A DNA stretch of 64,000 nucleotides. Origin: an uncultured Candidatus Kuenenia sp. (GTDB taxonomy: Bacteria > Planctomycetota > Planctomycetia > Pirellulales > UBA1268). Location: NCBI GenBank assembly GCA_964498325.1, contig CAZCHF010000002.1:76931-140930 (forward strand). Reading direction: 5' to 3'. This document shows, piece by piece, positions 27,036-37,240 of this stretch. Position 1 is the stretch's first letter. Every line of letters starts with the position of its first letter. Both the position numbers and the translations under genes were made by a program. A model generated the notes under the pieces. The model saw only the letters and a program-made list of their open reading frames with translations, made no database searches and was not told the origin of the DNA.

Positions 27036-30000
27036 ATGGCTCTCGCGCGGCGACTTCAGAAGCTCCTGGGGCATCATTCGCGCAGGCGCCGGATGCGGGC
27101 ATTTCGGCCGACGATCGAGCGGCTTGAGGGTCGCCTGACGTTGGCTGGCGACAGTTTCGTCGAGCCGCCGGTCATCACGAGCAACCCCATCACGCGTGTC
27201 CTGACGGCAAAACTGACCATGGCGGTCACGCCTGCCAAGGTCGGCGATTCCACGGTGACCAACGCCTGGACCTACAACGGCAGTTACGTCGGCCCCACGC
27301 TCAAAGCCCAGCCGGGCGACCTCCTTGATCTGGAAGTGGTCAACCGCCTGCCCAGCGGTCAGATCACGAATTTCCACACCCACGGACTGCACGTGTCGCC
27401 GCTCGGCAATGGAGACAACGTCCTTTTGGAGATCCAGCCGGGCGCGTCGAACCGGTACCAGATCAGGATCCCAGCAGACCACCCCAGCGGCCTTTACTGG
27501 TACCACCCGCACCACCACACCCGGGTGTACGACCAGATCAGCAAGGGGCTGTCCGGTCTTCTGGTCATCGGTGATGCCGACGGCGGGGCGACCCAGCTCG
27601 ACAGCTACACATCGCACCTGCTCGCGCTCAAAAACGCGCTCGTGACTGGGAGCACGATCCAGATTCCGCCCAGCTCATCCATGCCGAGTAATCCGATCCA
27701 GACGTTCACTGTCAACGGCCAGCTCAACCCGGTCCTCAAGGTGCCGCAAGGCCAGGGGCAGGTGTTCAACGTGGCCAACATGGGCGCCAACGCCTTTTAC
27801 AGTTTGCAGCTCAACACCGCGGCCGACGGCTCGGGCACGAGCATTCCCCTCATCCTCGTGGGGCAGGATGGCAACCCACTCTATACGGCACGCGCGAACC
27901 CGGGCGGGCCCCTCGGCGCCCTCGGGTTGCCACCCGGCCGCCGCTGGTCGTTCACCTATGACCTGAGTCAGAACACGTCGCTGCTGGAAGCGGGCGACAC
28001 GCTGTATCTCATCGGACTTTCCAACTCCGGCCAGTCCGGCACGAACCTCTGGGATGTGTGGCCGAACACGTCCACGAAGCCTTCGACAACTGTTGACGTC
28101 GGCACGCTGAACGCCGGCATCAATGCCAAGCAAACGCGAATCTCCGTCCGGAGCAGTAGTCAGCTACCGATCGTCAATGGATTCACCATCACGATTGGTG
28201 GCGAGAAGATGCGGGTCACCGCCGGCGCGGGCACGAGTACCGCGGGCGTCACCACCTGGACCGTGCAACGTGGCGTCGGCGGAACGACGCGAACGAGCCA
28301 CGCGAATGGCGCCATCGTCGCACTGGATCAAGGCTCGACGGGCACGCCCTTGATGACCATCCAGTTCACGTCCCCGGTGGGGCCGTCCGATCCCCCTGTG
28401 CATGCCAATGATCCGTTGACGTATACGAGTGGTCCCACGGCCTTCGAAGACTACGCCGCGCAAACCACGCTCACTGCGGCGATCGATGCGACGCAAACCA
28501 CGATCACCGTGGCGTCCGCCACCGGCTTCCCGACGACGAATGGGTACGGGATCACCATCGGCTCGGAGAACATGCTGGTCACCGGCGGCGCGGGCACGAC
28601 CACTTGGACGGTCACGCGCGGAACAGACGGCAGCACGGCCGCGGCCCAAGCCAATGCGGCTCCCGTGAAGGTGCAGATTGCCGCCTTTCGAAAGGTGGTC
28701 TTCGGCAAGCAGGGGTCGGAAAACATCCTCAATGGCGCCCAGTTCGGCCACAACCCGATCTTCCAACCCAGGCTCGGCACGGTCGAAGAATGGACGCTTC
28801 TGAACCCGACGACGCAGTCGCACCCCTTCCACCTTCACACCAATCCGCAGCAGGTGATTGGGGGCTCGCAGGGACCTGGCCAGCCGAAGAATTATCAGGA
28901 CGTCATCAACGTGCCTTTCGCGAAGGCGACGACGCTCGCGAGCGGGATCAGTGCGTCACAAACGACGATCACCGTCGACCCGGCGACTGCGGGCAATTTT
29001 CCGACGACGTTCCCGTTCACGGTTCTCGTCGGCAACGAATACATGACGGTCACCGCGGCGGCTGCCAACGTTTGGACGGTGACTCGCGGGGCGGAGGGCA
29101 GCACGCCCGCGAGTCACAACCATGGCGATTCGGTCATCCTTCCCGGTAGCGTCACCATTCGGATCAAGTTCACCGACTACCTCGGCACGATCGTCTTTCA
29201 CTGCCACCGCGTCGATCACGAAGACACGGGGATGATGGTGGCGGTCAAGATGATCCCAAACGCGCCGTTGTATGCCATCGGCCATAACCCTGGATACCAC
29301 GCCGTGGTGGATGTCTTTGATTCGATGACCCAAGCCACGAGCACCCAGGTTCCACCTCCCCAAGCCGGGAAGTTCCGGGCCTTTCCTTCCAATACCAGTG
29401 GCGTGAACGTGGCGGTCGGGGATGTCAACGGCGACGGCGTGGATGACATCATCGCCGGCATGGCGAGCCAAGGCTCGCTGGTCAAAGTGATCGACGGCAC
29501 CAAGATGGACCAGGTCGACCCGGTCACGCTCGACATCCTGCCCTCGGCGTTGCTCGGGATGTTCACTCCCTTCGGCCCGAACGTTCGCGGCGTGTTCGTC
29601 GCTGCTGGCGACATCAACAACGACGGCCTTTCCGATGTCATCGTGGGCACTGGCGCCGTCACCCATCCTTCCACGCCGACACTGCTCGTCGTCAATGCGG
29701 CGCAGCTTCCTCAAGGAGGCAGCGTGCCGGCGGGTGCGGTCCTGGCGCGGCGCACGCTATCGGCCATCTACCGTGGTGGCGTGCGCGTGGCGGCTGGCGA
29801 CATCGTCGGCAACGGGCGGACCCAGATCGTCGTCGGTGCAGGCGCAGGAAATCTTCCGCAAGTCCTGGTGTTGAGCCAGAAGTTGAACGTGATCGCGTCG
29901 TTCCTCGCATTCGAGCGGAGATTCCGTGGCGGAGTGTTCGTGGCCACCGGCAATACCAAGGGTTGTGGTTTTGACGACATCATCGTCGGCCAAGGTCCTG

Positions 30001-30323
30001 GCGGCAGTCCGCGCGTCAAGATTTACAGTGACGACCATGCCACGAAGGGGCTGGTGCTGAAGCAGACGCGGAGTTTTCTGGCCTACGCCGCGAGTACCAC
30101 CAGCGGTGTTCGCGTCAGTTCGCGTCGCACCATCCCTTCGTCGCCCACTCCGACCGGCTTCAACAAGAAGACCGTCAGCGGGCCGTATGGCGGCAACTGG
30201 GATGACGTGGTGACGGTGCAGGCAACCGGTCTGGATCACGAAGCCCACTACTTCGATGTCCAGGGTTGTGATGCAGGTCAAAGTCCCTCACCCGGCGGCG
30301 GCGGTGGGCACGGAGGCCACTAA
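27036..30323 (+). CDS. Giant secreted multicopper oxidase with three inserted ~65-aa modules and C-terminal FG-GAP/VCBS-like repeats
   Basis: Four Cu-ligand motifs: HTHGLH, WYHPHHH, HPFHLH, HCHRVDHEDTGMM. Repeat modules at about 28107-28325, 28470-28675 and 28932-29145. GDVNGDGVDDIIAG-type repeats at about 29400-30020. N-terminal RLEGRLTLAG motif. Confidence 0.85.
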   Translation: MALARRLQKLLGHHSRRRRMRAFRPTIERLEGRLTLAGDSFVEPPVITSNPITRVLTAKLTMAVTPAKVGDSTVTNAWTYNGSYVGPTLKAQPGDLLDLEVVNRLPSGQITNFHTHGLHVSPLGNGDNVLLEIQPGASNRYQIRIPADHPSGLYWYHPHHHTRVYDQISKGLSGLLVIGDADGGATQLDSYTSHLLALKNALVTGSTIQIPPSSSMPSNPIQTFTVNGQLNPVLKVPQGQGQVFNVANMGANAFYSLQLNTAADGSGTSIPLILVGQDGNPLYTARANPGGPLGALGLPPGRRWSFTYDLSQNTSLLEAGDTLYLIGLSNSGQSGTNLWDVWPNTSTKPSTTVDVGTLNAGINAKQTRISVRSSSQLPIVNGFTITIGGEKMRVTAGAGTSTAGVTTWTVQRGVGGTTRTSHANGAIVALDQGSTGTPLMTIQFTSPVGPSDPPVHANDPLTYTSGPTAFEDYAAQTTLTAAIDATQTTITVASATGFPTTNGYGITIGSENMLVTGGAGTTTWTVTRGTDGSTAAAQANAAPVKVQIAAFRKVVFGKQGSENILNGAQFGHNPIFQPRLGTVEEWTLLNPTTQSHPFHLHTNPQQVIGGSQGPGQPKNYQDVINVPFAKATTLASGISASQTTITVDPATAGNFPTTFPFTVLVGNEYMTVTAAAANVWTVTRGAEGSTPASHNHGDSVILPGSVTIRIKFTDYLGTIVFHCHRVDHEDTGMMVAVKMIPNAPLYAIGHNPGYHAVVDVFDSMTQATSTQVPPPQAGKFRAFPSNTSGVNVAVGDVNGDGVDDIIAGMASQGSLVKVIDGTKMDQVDPVTLDILPSALLGMFTPFGPNVRGVFVAAGDINNDGLSDVIVGTGAVTHPSTPTLLVVNAAQLPQGGSVPAGAVLARRTLSAIYRGGVRVAAGDIVGNGRTQIVVGAGAGNLPQVLVLSQKLNVIASFLAFERRFRGGVFVATGNTKGCGFDDIIVGQGPGGSPRVKIYSDDHATKGLVLKQTRSFLAYAASTTSGVRVSSRRTIPSSPTPTGFNKKTVSGPYGGNWDDVVTVQATGLDHEAHYFDVQGCDAGQSPSPGGGGGHGGH

Positions 30324-31120
30324 CGGTCCGTGGACAAGTCATCCAGGAACGCCCGGAGTTTGTCGGGCCAGTCCTGCACGTCGGCGGGCAGTTTCACTTT
30401 GAGTCCGAATCCGTGCCCGCCACGATCCGTCTTGGTGAACGTGCAAGGCACCCCAGCCTTCTGGCACGCCGTCGCGTAGGCATCAGAGCTCGGCGCGTAC
30501 TTGTCATCGGCGGCGACGTAGACGAACGCGGGCGTCTTCACGGGTGCCACCTCGTCGGTCACCGTGCCGTCCTTTTCGAGGTAGGCCGGATACATCAGGA
30601 CGGCGAAGTCGGGCGGATTGGCCGCCGCCGTCGCCCGGGTCAGCCGCGCCGCGAGGTGGCCCCCTGCCGAGAACCCCATCGCGCCGATGGATTTCGTGCT
30701 GAGCCCGAGCTCATCCCCGCGCTCCTGCAGCAAGCTGAGGGCCTGCTTCGCGTCGGCAATCGCCAACTCCCGCGTGTCGTCTCCGGCATTCACGTGGTAG
30801 ATCAAGATTGCGACGTCGTACCCGATCTCATTGAGCATCTTGGCGACGGCGTAGCCTTCGTGGTGGATCGCCAGGATCCGGTAGCCACCGCCCGGGCAAA
30901 GGAGGATCGTGCCTTTGGCAGGGCGCTGCGCTGCGACAAAGATTTCCAGGCACGGCGTCTCGACCTTTTGAATGCGATCGATGCCATCCTTCCCAGGCGA
31001 TGCCACGGGCGCCGGCGCCCCATCGCGGCCGTCGAGTGTGATGCGGCGCATGTCAGCGGCGCCCGCTGTGCCAAGCCATGCCGCGACCAGTGCCGCAAGG
31101 ACCCACAAGGTGTGTTTCAT
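30320..31120 (-). CDS. Secreted alpha/beta-hydrolase (esterase/lipase-like)
   Basis: Start trimmed to MKHTLWVLAALVAAWLGTAGA. HGGG-like LCPGGGY and nucleophile elbow GFSAGG. Confidence 0.75.
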   Translation of the reverse strand: MKHTLWVLAALVAAWLGTAGAADMRRITLDGRDGAPAPVASPGKDGIDRIQKVETPCLEIFVAAQRPAKGTILLCPGGGYRILAIHHEGYAVAKMLNEIGYDVAILIYHVNAGDDTRELAIADAKQALSLLQERGDELGLSTKSIGAMGFSAGGHLAARLTRATAAANPPDFAVLMYPAYLEKDGTVTDEVAPVKTPAFVYVAADDKYAPSSDAYATACQKAGVPCTFTKTDRGGHGFGLKVKLPADVQDWPDKLRAFLDDLSTDR

Positions 31121-31143
31121 GCTTGCGCTCCTGAGTCGGAGAC

Positions 31144-32526
31144 CTATCCCATCAACTGCCTGATCGGGCCCGTTTGATCGAGCTTCTTGCGGGCCATCTC
31201 GAGATCGAGATCGCCGTAGTGCTCGATCGGATTGCCGTGGGCGTTCAAGAGGGTGGTGTACCAGTTGCCGAGCGTCTTGTGGCCCTCCGCGCCCAAGAAT
31301 GGCAGGCGGATGTAGCGCCCCGCGATATCGAGGGCGCAGTTCTTGCCAGACATGATCACGAACGGTGATTCCAGGCCGATGCCGTGATGCGTCTCGCCGT
31401 TCTCTGGAAAATACATGACCATCGTGTTGTCGAACATCGTGCCGTTGCCCTCGGGCACCGCCTTGAGCCGTTCGACGATCGTCTTGATCTGATTGACGTG
31501 GCTGATCCGGATCTGCTCCCGTGTTTTCCACGCGGGCACGCCCCCGAACGATTCGTCGTGCCCCAGGGGGTGGATCCCGACGCGATCGGTTTCGTTGCCG
31601 GGCAGGCCGGTGATGGGCGTGCCAAGGTCGTCGATCGTGTAGGTGACGACGTTCGTCAAGCCGGCGACGAGCGCCGCGACCAGCACGTCGGTCATGGCCG
31701 CCTGTTTTTCAGGTGTGCTCGCGTCCGGCCCGCCATTGGCGTGCACCGGTGCGATCTCGGGAAGATGCTTCGCAAGCGACCCGGAAATCTCGATGAGCTT
31801 CTTGTTCCGCTCGCGGATGGCATCGATCGATTCGATCTGCGCCGCCTGCCGCCGCCGTTCATGGCCCGTGATCCCGCTTGCTTTCAAGCCTTCTTTGGTT
31901 TGCAGAAACGACAGCATGTCGTTGTCTGAGTTCACCGCCTCGGGATTGAGAACCGACTTGAAGAGCTCGGTGCGGGCAGTGTCGGGATCCGCATAGCAGT
32001 AGTTCCGGGTTTGTGGGGCCGGTGCGGAATACCCCGACACGATGCCCGTGCGGCCGGCGGCAAAGGACAATTCGACATGGCCGAAGGGCGACGGAAACAG
32101 TCTGGCCAGTTCGAAATCGACCGTCGTGCGTTTGATCGCGCTCAGGGTGTTGCGGTTCGACTTGAAGCACCCCATCACCGATGAGAACGAGTAGTGGACG
32201 TTCTCGCTCATCTTGGCCGAGAGCCCCTGCAGGATCGTCATGTTGTCCTTGTGGGCATCCAGGCCCCGCAGCCAGACGGGCAGCTCGTAGGCATGCAGGT
32301 CGGCCACGAAGGGCAGCTTCTTCTCGTCGAGGGCCTTGTCCTTGGCTGAAAAATTGACGGGGCAGGTTTCGAGGGGGCGCAGGCCGCTCGATTTGCGGAT
32401 GAACACGAATCGCTTGGGGATACCCGCGGCATGGGGAGCGGCAAACACCTGATTGAACGACGGCGCCAGGGTCATGGCGCCGGCCCCCAGGACCGATGCC
32501 TGCAAAAACTCTCGTCGATTGTTCAT
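31144..32526 (-). CDS. DUF1552-like protein with Tat signal
   Basis: Start trimmed to MNNRREFLQASVLGAGAMTLAP (twin-Arg). Lies immediately downstream of the cytochrome-c-motif giant protein, which is the typical planctomycete pairing. DUF1552 versus DUF1501 was judged from sequence feel only. Confidence 0.65.
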   Translation of the reverse strand: MNNRREFLQASVLGAGAMTLAPSFNQVFAAPHAAGIPKRFVFIRKSSGLRPLETCPVNFSAKDKALDEKKLPFVADLHAYELPVWLRGLDAHKDNMTILQGLSAKMSENVHYSFSSVMGCFKSNRNTLSAIKRTTVDFELARLFPSPFGHVELSFAAGRTGIVSGYSAPAPQTRNYCYADPDTARTELFKSVLNPEAVNSDNDMLSFLQTKEGLKASGITGHERRRQAAQIESIDAIRERNKKLIEISGSLAKHLPEIAPVHANGGPDASTPEKQAAMTDVLVAALVAGLTNVVTYTIDDLGTPITGLPGNETDRVGIHPLGHDESFGGVPAWKTREQIRISHVNQIKTIVERLKAVPEGNGTMFDNTMVMYFPENGETHHGIGLESPFVIMSGKNCALDIAGRYIRLPFLGAEGHKTLGNWYTTLLNAHGNPIEHYGDLDLEMARKKLDQTGPIRQLMG

Positions 32527-32530
32527 AGCC

Positions 32531-35500
32531 TCAGTCCTCGAGGGGTTTGCGATAGATGAAGGAATCGGACGAAAGAAGCGAAACGATGACGGCGTCAAAA
32601 CTGCCGCCGCTGCCGACATAGGCCTGCTCGGCATCGATCAGGGTCTTCGAGTCGGAAAGGGTCTCGTTGCGACCCATGAAGTATCGGAAGCCGTAGCGGA
32701 GAATGGATTGGCGCACCCGCCGCGATCGGCCGAGCCGGTCGGCGAGGTCGATCGCATTCGTGACCTCCCCGTCGAGCGAAACGTCGCCGGTGCCACGGAG
32801 GTAGCCCCTCGCGTTGACCGGCAGCGTCTTGTAGAGGTCGCGCGTGTCTGTCAGCAGCGTCCATGTGTCGGGACGCTTGGTGGCGAGCATGTCGGGATAC
32901 TCGAGCGCCTCCTCGGTTCGGAAGCGGCCAAAGTCGTCGTAGCACTCGAAGGCGTAGCCGAGCGGATTCATCTGCTCGTGGCACTTCCAGCAGTAGGCCG
33001 TCTCGGTCGCTTCCGCCAGGCGCTCGCGGAGGGTTCGGTGGTGATCCTCCGGAATCGAGGCATCGACCGAGATCGGCACGTCGGGGATGGTTCCGGCGAG
33101 CAATTTTTCCCGGACCCACTTGCCCCGCTGCACGGGGTCGTTCTCGGTGTTCTTGGCGTGGGCGATCAGCCAGGACGGGTGCGAGAGGAGGCCTTTCCGG
33201 TTGGGAACAGGAGCTGGCTGGATCGTGGCATAGTCCCAATCGTCGAGCGCGATGTCATAAAACTTCGCGACGTTGTATCCGACCATGAAGTCGTAGCCGT
33301 ACCCACGGTAGAGGTCGAACGGCGCCGCCTCCTTCTGCCCCTTGGCCAGGCGAGCCGTGATGCTTTCCATCGAGAGCTTGAAGAGCTGGAGCGCCGTGCC
33401 CTGCCGATTCCTCGCCGCGAGGTTGTCTGGGTCGACCATCCGCATCTTCACGTCGCGGAGAAAATCCGCGTGCTCGAGGAGGTCTTCGTTCTTGAAATTC
33501 TTCCAGTCGAGATCCTTGAAATACTCGTAGATGCGTTTGATGCGGTCGGAGGCGGCCTGCATCCGTTCGTTGTCGCCGTCGTGGTAGAGGTAGAACTTAT
33601 CGGTGGTGAGCAGTTCCTCGAACACGTTGCGATCCTCGTTCAGGATGTGCTCCACGAGCCGGTCGGTCTCGTTGACCAGTCGCGCCGTCGCGTCCGCGAG
33701 GCGGTCGGCACCGAACCGCTTTTCGTCCTTGAAGATCGAGAGCGCGGCCGGATAGCCGAAGAACTCGCGGAAGAATCGCAGCTTCCGGATGGGGATCGTG
33801 GTCGTGTTGTCGTTGTAGTGCGCGTCGGCCAGGAAGGGGTCGATGATGGACACGATGTCGCGCCGTGCGAGCATCCGGAGAACCTCGCGTCGATAATCCT
33901 CGCGGGTCTCGAGCCGCCCGCTCGCAGCCGCGAGAGCCAATTCCGCATCAGGGCTTTGATCGGTGAGGGCATAGGCGATCGCGTAGCTGGCATCCCGGGG
34001 CGACAGCATTCGTCGGCCATGTTCGTCGGCTTTTCCGGAACCGAATTCCTGGCGGTAGGCAAAGTCGCTCGACAAGATGAAAGTTTGGATGAGCTTTTGG
34101 ACGGCTTTGAGCTTGCCGAGTTTCGTCACATAGGACTTGGCCAGTTCGAGGTATTCAGCAGATTCTGCCTCCGTGGGAGGGCGTTCCAGGATCTGCACGG
34201 AGAGTTGGTCGATCAGGTCCGCGAGGAGCTTGTCGGCCGGCGGGCCTGCGGCAACGCGATCTGCCTCGAACTCCCGTTCCCAGCTCGCCATACAGCGTTC
34301 GATGATCTCTCGGTAAAAGTCACCCTTCTGGCGGTGCTGCTTGATGGATGCCCGCAGGACTTCCATTTCCGCGTCGGGGAGCGGCTTGCATTCGAGCGGC
34401 TTCACCTTGCCCGAATTTTTGGCCACATGGTCGCGGAACTCGGGCAGGTAATCGCGAAGCAGCGTCATGCGGCCTTGGATGGTCCGCTCGTGATCGCCGA
34501 AGTAGAACCAGGTTCGCTCACAGAGTTCGCGGAAGGCGTCGTCCGACAAACTTGCGGTGTCAGGATCGAGCAGAAGGCGGTAGACCAAGGGCTCGCCGTC
34601 GAGATCCTTCAGCATGTTCTGGGCGACATGGATCGGCGCCTTCTTGTATTTCTCGCCCTTGGCGAGCGGCTTTTCCGCGTTGAGGACGACGGGTGTGAAC
34701 GGGGGGAGGAGCGACTCGTTGTCGCGGCCATAGATCTCGTCGCAGAGCTTGGCGATGAAGCTTTCCAGATACGCGCGGCGGGCGGCAAGGGTCGCCTGGT
34801 GCTTGTCCTCCAAGGCCATGATCGCGGTGATGGCCGGAAGGTATTTGCCGTTCTTCCGCTTGACGAGGTCGTTCGTGATGTACTCAGACGTTTTCTGGGC
34901 ATTGGTCAGCATGCTCGACAGGTGGCCGCCCGTGAGATCCTCGTTGGCGTAGTACCGAACGCCCGACACGTTCGGGAGGAGAAACGGGTTCGAGAGGCTG
35001 AGGTTCGGAATGCTGTTGCCGCCCACGACCGTCATGGGCTTTCCGTTGCGCTTCACGGTCGTGGTGTTCATCAGCATCCGCTGGAACTTGGCATTGAAGA
35101 TGAACTCGCTGATCAGCCAACGCCGGTCATACGTGAATCCAGGATGGTGCTTGTATTCCCCTGAGAACAGCTTTTCGTGATCGACATAGTTGCCGTACTC
35201 CGGCTTCTTGAGCTTCTGCTCGAGGGTCGAGGCACCGTGCTTGTGAAGCTCGTGCGAAACCCACTCTGTCAGGCGCGATCGCTCGGCCGCCGTCGGCTGC
35301 TCCGCGTCTTTGGGGGGCATGTGTTTCAAGAACAACTGTTCCTGAACTCTGTTGAGCAGCGACAGTCTCGCTTCGATGTCGAGTTCGGCGAGGTCGTCAA
35401 ACCGCACGTCGCCTTCGGCCGAGTCCGCACCGTGGCAATCAATGCACCGCTCGTTGAGAACCGCGAGCACGTCGGGCGGCAGGGCCAGGCGATCACCTGA

Positions 35501-35566
35501 CATCGCCAGACCGGGCGATGCGAGCAGAATTCCCGCCAAGAACATCGTGGTCGCGATGGTTCGCAT
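32531..35566 (-). CDS. Large secreted protein with N-terminal heme-binding-type CxxCH motif (DUF1592/1595/1587/1588/1585-family-like)
   Basis: Signal peptide. CIDCHG motif near the N-terminus and a second CWKCHEQMNPLGYAFE motif near the C-terminus. 1011 aa. Confidence 0.7.
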   Translation of the reverse strand: MRTIATTMFLAGILLASPGLAMSGDRLALPPDVLAVLNERCIDCHGADSAEGDVRFDDLAELDIEARLSLLNRVQEQLFLKHMPPKDAEQPTAAERSRLTEWVSHELHKHGASTLEQKLKKPEYGNYVDHEKLFSGEYKHHPGFTYDRRWLISEFIFNAKFQRMLMNTTTVKRNGKPMTVVGGNSIPNLSLSNPFLLPNVSGVRYYANEDLTGGHLSSMLTNAQKTSEYITNDLVKRKNGKYLPAITAIMALEDKHQATLAARRAYLESFIAKLCDEIYGRDNESLLPPFTPVVLNAEKPLAKGEKYKKAPIHVAQNMLKDLDGEPLVYRLLLDPDTASLSDDAFRELCERTWFYFGDHERTIQGRMTLLRDYLPEFRDHVAKNSGKVKPLECKPLPDAEMEVLRASIKQHRQKGDFYREIIERCMASWEREFEADRVAAGPPADKLLADLIDQLSVQILERPPTEAESAEYLELAKSYVTKLGKLKAVQKLIQTFILSSDFAYRQEFGSGKADEHGRRMLSPRDASYAIAYALTDQSPDAELALAAASGRLETREDYRREVLRMLARRDIVSIIDPFLADAHYNDNTTTIPIRKLRFFREFFGYPAALSIFKDEKRFGADRLADATARLVNETDRLVEHILNEDRNVFEELLTTDKFYLYHDGDNERMQAASDRIKRIYEYFKDLDWKNFKNEDLLEHADFLRDVKMRMVDPDNLAARNRQGTALQLFKLSMESITARLAKGQKEAAPFDLYRGYGYDFMVGYNVAKFYDIALDDWDYATIQPAPVPNRKGLLSHPSWLIAHAKNTENDPVQRGKWVREKLLAGTIPDVPISVDASIPEDHHRTLRERLAEATETAYCWKCHEQMNPLGYAFECYDDFGRFRTEEALEYPDMLATKRPDTWTLLTDTRDLYKTLPVNARGYLRGTGDVSLDGEVTNAIDLADRLGRSRRVRQSILRYGFRYFMGRNETLSDSKTLIDAEQAYVGSGGSFDAVIVSLLSSDSFIYRKPLED

Positions 35567-35752
35567 GCGGTCAGGACCGGCGAATGGCGAGGAGCGGGCG
35601 CGAGAAAGCTCGCTTCAGCATAATTGATTCCGGGCGATGGTTCTCGAGGGCCAAAAAAAAGGTGTACGGTGGATTGATCGGGCCACCTGGAGCCCGGTCG
35701 CCCCCGTGACCCGGACGGTGTATCGACTGAATGTGGAGAGAATTGGCCGACG

Positions 35753-37162
35753 ATGTTCATGCTTCGCAACCACATCCAAAGCATCGTCGAGGCAGCGGTG
35801 CAGTCCGTTGATCCTGCGAGGCTGGTGCGACGGCGGGTGTCGGTGGTTGGTCGCGAGATCCTTCTCGACGGCGCGCCGCTCGCCGAGCCGATTCGCCTGA
35901 GCGACCGGGGACGCATCGTCGTGGTCGGCGGCGGCAAGGCTGCGGCGGGCATGGCGAGGGGGCTTGCCGATGTGTTTGATCACGGGGGCCTTCGCGTAGC
36001 AGGGCTTGTGAGCGTGCCGGAAGGCTGCGCCCGGCACGTTGCAGGCATTGAGACTCGCGAGACGAGGCCCGCCACTGAGAACGTTCCCACGGCTGCGGCC
36101 GTGCGTGCCACGCGCGAGATGCTCGGCATGATGGGATCGCTCGGGGCAGACGATGTCGTCGTGGCCTTGATCAGTGGCGGAGGCTCGGCCCTGCTGGCGG
36201 CACCTCGGGACGGAGTGCCGCTGGAAGAAAAGGTGGGGATCGCGCGCTTTCTCGCCGCGCGGGGAGCGCCGATCACCGAGATCAACACGGTTCGACAGGC
36301 GGCCAGCGACGTGAAGGGGGGCCGTCTCGCCAGGGAGTGTTCGGCCGGAAGGATGCTCGTGCTCGTCCTCTCGGACGTGATCGGTGACCCACTCGACGCG
36401 ATCGCCTCCGGGCCCTGTATGCCGGTCGAAGTCGATGCGAATCAGGCGCTCGACGTGCTCGAACGGTACGGTGCCATCAAGGCCGGTATTGCCCCCAGGC
36501 TCATCTCGATCTTGCGTGCCGATGCCGCCGGACCTCGGCCCCCATCGCTCCGCACGATCCATGGCCACGGCTCCTGGACGACGCCCCGCGGGTGCCGAGT
36601 CGACCATGTCCTCCTCGGAAGCAATGCGACGGCCGTCAACGCCGCGGCCGAGGCTGCCCTTGGCCTCGGCTACGACGTGACCGTCTGTCATGCGAATCCG
36701 AATGCCACGGAGACTGCGGATGATGTCGGCCGCTGTCTCGCACGCGAGGGTGCTGCTCTTGCCCATGCCGTCGCTGCGGACGGGCGACCACGCGCGCTCA
36801 TCGAAGGGGGCGAAGCGGTGGTGCGACTCCCTGCCGATCACGGTGTCGGTGGCCGCAATCAGCAGACGGTCGCGGCAGCACTCGTCGTCATGTGCGGAGG
36901 TGGCCAACCGTGGCCTGAAGGGCTCGTCGTCGCGAGCTTCGGCACCGATGGCGAAGATGGCCCGACCCACGCCGCCGGTGGAGTCATGGACACCCTTGTC
37001 GCCGGAAGAATCGCGTCGCGCAGGCTCGATGCTTGTGCCGCCGTCGCCCGGTGCGACGTGCTCCCGCTGCTCGAGGCGGCGGATGGCCTCATTGTCACTG
37101 GCCCTACCGGCACGAATGTCGCCGACGTGCGGATACTCCTCGCCGCACCGGCTGGACGCTGA
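35753..37162 (+). CDS. Glycerate 2-kinase / hydroxypyruvate reductase, MOFRL family (DUF4147+MOFRL)
   Basis: GGGKAAAGMA, LISGGGSALL, LSDVIGDPLDAIASGP, GGEAVVRL...GGRNQQ, GTDGEDGPTHAAGG. Confidence 0.85.
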   Translation: MFMLRNHIQSIVEAAVQSVDPARLVRRRVSVVGREILLDGAPLAEPIRLSDRGRIVVVGGGKAAAGMARGLADVFDHGGLRVAGLVSVPEGCARHVAGIETRETRPATENVPTAAAVRATREMLGMMGSLGADDVVVALISGGGSALLAAPRDGVPLEEKVGIARFLAARGAPITEINTVRQAASDVKGGRLARECSAGRMLVLVLSDVIGDPLDAIASGPCMPVEVDANQALDVLERYGAIKAGIAPRLISILRADAAGPRPPSLRTIHGHGSWTTPRGCRVDHVLLGSNATAVNAAAEAALGLGYDVTVCHANPNATETADDVGRCLAREGAALAHAVAADGRPRALIEGGEAVVRLPADHGVGGRNQQTVAAALVVMCGGGQPWPEGLVVASFGTDGEDGPTHAAGGVMDTLVAGRIASRRLDACAAVARCDVLPLLEAADGLIVTGPTGTNVADVRILLAAPAGR

Positions 37163-37240
37163 GTAGACTGCCTTCGAAGTGAACACCATGAACATCGGTG
37201 GCATGCGTCAAAGACGCCTCGCGCTTCGGAGAGAAGAGTC

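Noticed and set aside
32453-35164. A 903-aa ORF on the + strand. Similar very long ORFs include 53749-56388 (-), 13695-14693 (+), 23597-24658 (+), 39796-41133 (+), 44254-45303 (-), 48980-50284 (+), 51222-52244 (+), 59745-60932 (-), 61349-62440 (-), 35615-37204 (-) and 37208-38584 (-).
   Set aside because: They lie antisense to genes with clear family signatures. Their translations are Arg/Gly/Ala/Pro/His-rich with no motifs. This is typical of shadow ORFs in high-GC DNA.
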